64,000 nt of DNA, taken from assembly GCA_002633005.1 (NCBI GenBank), contig NMRA01000424.1:89128-153127 (forward strand), read 5' to 3'. The stretch comes from Phoronis australis (taxonomy: Eukaryota; Animalia; Phoronida). Position numbers and translations under genes: made by a program. Shown here piece by piece: positions 38,101 through 64,000 of the stretch (positions are counted from its first letter, which is position 1; each line of letters begins with the position of its first letter). The notes beneath the pieces were generated by a model. It did not search any database, had not been told where the DNA came from, and was given only the letters and a program-made list of their open reading frames with translations.

Positions 38101-39764
38101 TGTTTGAAAAATCAAATAACCAATACTACAAGTCGACAGCAATTCGCTGTACGACTTTCTCCGCACATTTTGATCGACAAATACAACAATATCAACAATT
38201 AAATATTTATTCCACGACAGACACCACAAGTGTCGGTCGAAATGAGTAAACAAACATTTACTATATTTTGTAGCCCAAAATCAACTGAATATCTGAATAT
38301 AATTATACTCCTAATTATTCAAAGATTGGAACCCATTTTGTAAAACAATGACAATTCAATCAACCAGCGATGACGCAAAAATGACCCTATGAGGCCGTGA
38401 AAAACTACTAGCGACTGTCCCGAGCCGCGCGCGTGGGGTGGCGTCGTCTGCTCTTATTCGCAACACGAGATTGGTGCCCATTACACAAATCTCATGAAAC
38501 CTGGCTTGTTGTCATACTGGGTGGCGAGGGACCAACCATGCTAAAATAATCAAGGTACAAACCTTTGCAGCTAAGGAATACGACATTGCACGAAAATACA
38601 GTCTGCTTCATACTTTGGAAACTCCTTTGCTGTACTTAATTGACTTCCGCGCTTCACCAGATACGTCCACATGGGCTAAAATATCTGATTGAGTCTCGAT
38701 GATGACTTCCGGCTTATAGAGCAATCAGATGTCTTAGCTCCTTGACAGAAAAGAAGCGTCGAATTCAATGAAGAGCAGCTAATATATGTTCAACATGTGG
38801 CAAATTGCATTCCTTCGCCACCTATTGTACAACAAGAATTACTACAACATGTGACCTGCAATCTGTACCATAATCTCGACATAGCTTTTTCACTGCAGCA
38901 AAATAAACTTCCATTAAGCTTGGATAACAAGCAAACATTTCAGTTTCCACAATCACTTAAAGTGCCCGTGAACACATGGTTTACCCGATCAGGCCTCGAC
39001 AAGAAACTATAGTCAAGATCCTTAGTCTTACTGGAAACCTTTGCGCATCAAAATGATCATTTCAATTTTCTAAGAACAGAAAAAACGAAGACTAATTAGA
39101 GTCAGGGATACGAGAACGGTGCAGCAAGATTCATATGGTTTTGGCTGTAGTCTGATCATAGGCTGCTGTCCTTCATTCTGTTACCAAGAAGCAATAATAG
39201 CTTGCACATCTCAGTGCACAGTGGTACATATGTGATTATAATAAGGTGGATCCAGCCTTTAATGAACAGGAGGTCCAAGTAAAGCGAGAGGTTTTTGAAA
39301 TTTCTATTTCACAACGAAGGAGTAAAAAACCAGTAAGAAACTGTTGTGCTGTCACCTAAGCAAAAAGCAGCCTTGCCATGTATTTTGTGTCCCGCTTAAG
39401 CTGAAAAGGGGTGTATTGACGCTCTAGACCCCTCCTCTATGTTACAAGTTGAGCGGTCACCACCTTGATTTTGCAGAAAAACGGTGGTCACGGGCACTCA
39501 TACCCTTAGGCATTCCAGTCCACTGTGGAGCATTCACCATTGTGCACTACAGTGTACTTAACAGTAGCTTTGCTAAGAACTAAGCTGCGCATGACCGATT
39601 CAACAAAATTTCACTTACTACTGATGGCTTCATCAGAAAATTTTAAGAGATTCCCGCCATGTTATGCATTCTGGAGGCCTGCACGAAGAGTTTTCAGTTA
39701 ACATGAGCAGCGTATTTTTCAAACCATGAAAATTTATCTAGTTCGTAGAAGATAAGTTGAAAAT
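35150..39764. repeat. ~2.3-kb direct duplication (35150-37484 / 37486-39764) joined by a single N; probable uncollapsed haplotypes
   Basis: Copy 2 restarts right after N37485; copies differ by substitutions and small indels. Confidence 0.9.
35348..35606. mobile_element. MITE with CATGCG(C/T)GCA..CCCAG TIRs; other copies at ~37685-37942 and 61709-61937
   Basis: CATGCGCGCACACCCAG ... CTGGGTGCGCGCATG; internal GTGGACTTT..GACCTTTTT..CCCACTTC shared with the 61.8-kb copy. Confidence 0.7.
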
Positions 39765-40095
39765 CATGAATGTATCAAAAAATAAATGTAAATCATCAAC
39801 AAATTAGCCAGTAATGTCCGCTTCGAAGGTTTGTTGACATCTCCATGAGAAAATAATCAGAATTCAATGTGCCACAATATGACTTGGACAGATGCACGGC
39901 GTTGTCTTGACCATCAAACAACAAATCGGTGGATTGTTTAAGTCTTCATCCAAGGGACGCATCGATGTCACTCCAACTAATACAGACTGAAATAATTTAA
40001 TGTATCTCTCTAAAAGTTTGGTATCTACACTAAGGGCCAAGTACCCAGCAGACCGTCACGAAAGGTCACACAATAGCCAGTTTGAGAACATCATC

Positions 40096-62733
<22,638 letters not shown>

Positions 62734-63736
62734 CTTGCCCCTTGATCCTTCGAAGTTTTTCAAGTGGAAACACAACTATCACTGAAAATCATTGAAAATC
62801 CCTGCTATCGCTAGCGACGTGGAATCCGACCGGGAAAAATTAATATCGATGACTGGTAGTTCAACAGGAAATCCAAAGAAAAAATATGTCATACGAAGGT
62901 TGCGTTTAAAAACAATATCAAATACAACCTATCTGCTCCAGTTAGCTGTATGATTGTAAACAACATTTTTATTCAAGTTCACTTTAAGTAATTTCTGAAA
63001 TATTTCATCGAATTGTATTAGTTTCCTTTATCAAACTCCATACAGGATAAACTTCCGGTGTTCTTTTTGTGTTTAGAACTGTGAAATATGCGATTCTCCC
63101 GTTGTAATAACAAGGTTTTTATAATCCATTGTTCACAATTCCCTTCATTCAGTTGACAGTCTTGTAAGAGTGTCATTTGGTAAGTGTATGCAGGTATTCT
63201 GGAGGAAATGGTACACCTGTTAGGAACCGCTGGGCTCGTAGAAAGGTGGTCGTGATGACTGTCAGACTGTCTGTACGACGGCACAGTGGGCACACCCTAA
63301 TGTAGCCTTTCTGCTAATTATCCTTAACACTGGCTAAACTACTTGTTAAATTACTACATGTAGTGTAGATGGACACATTTTCAGGCAGTTGGGATGTTTA
63401 AATCATCCTTTCAACTCAAACAAATACTCCCGCAATCAACCTTTCTTTAGGCAATGTACATCGCCTCATGTTGGCCCGACCAGAGGCGTTGCAGCTCCTA
63501 TAAGCGCTCCATACGCCGGAAGCTTTTCGGTGAATTATGCCTCGCACCGACTAAAACATCAAAGTCACGTTGTTATAAAATACCTTTTGCGCATAGAGGA
63601 ACACCTTAGGAGGTTGTCGATGTGTTTAATTCCTTCCAACTTGAACAAATACTCCCATTAGAGGGAGAGGAAGAGGGAGAGTGCTGTTGACACACTTTCC
63701 AAACAGCTATCCTCCTCACTTTTAAGAAATTCTAGC

Positions 63737-63845
63737 AGGGCTCGACGCTATTAAAATCGCCAGGTCGCATTTTGCGACCTAGCCAAAATCCCAGGTCGCA
63801 TTTTCAGAATCCAGCTCGCATTCGTAAATGCCAGGTCGCAAAATT
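63737..63845. mobile_element. hAT-like transposon end with subterminal CAGGTCGCA repeats
   Basis: CAGGGCTCGAC start followed by 4-5 CAGGTCGCA/TGCGACCT motifs; partner end not in the window. Confidence 0.45.
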
Positions 63846-64000
63846 TTCCCGCCATTTTTACGCGCCAAAATAGATTTTTTAGATCATCGAGAAAATGTTT
63901 AGATTATGCTCTTACCTGCAGCGTTAAATACTCACAAATTTCGGATGTCAAAATTGACTTCATTCATGCAGGTACGGCCTTACTGTTCTTCACGACCGCC

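Overview
Eukaryotic (animal, probably marine invertebrate) genomic DNA with GT-AG introns, many transposon relics and single-N scaffold joins. Four protein-coding loci can be built by hand. (1) The last two exons of a C-type lectin (EPN/WND) gene ending in a truncated Ca-binding EGF module (+, 1126-1946). (2) A 7-exon type I membrane protein with an IgGFc-binding (FCGBP N-terminal-like) domain, an acidic DDDCDG motif and a TM helix (+, 9088-22416, ~695 aa), with a decayed Gypsy element in intron 2. (3) A ~1763-aa single-pass membrane protein (+, 26731-33230). Its 5.2-kb last exon encodes a TM helix, two dynein microtubule-binding-domain (MTBD)-like modules and ~15 tandem ~53-aa helical repeats; this is the most unusual object in the window. 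(4) A complete 19-exon NSF vesicle-fusing ATPase gene (-, 62733-40096, ~750 aa). Four apparent duplications sit at single Ns and are probably uncollapsed haplotypes. All homology calls come from motif recognition by eye, not from database searches.
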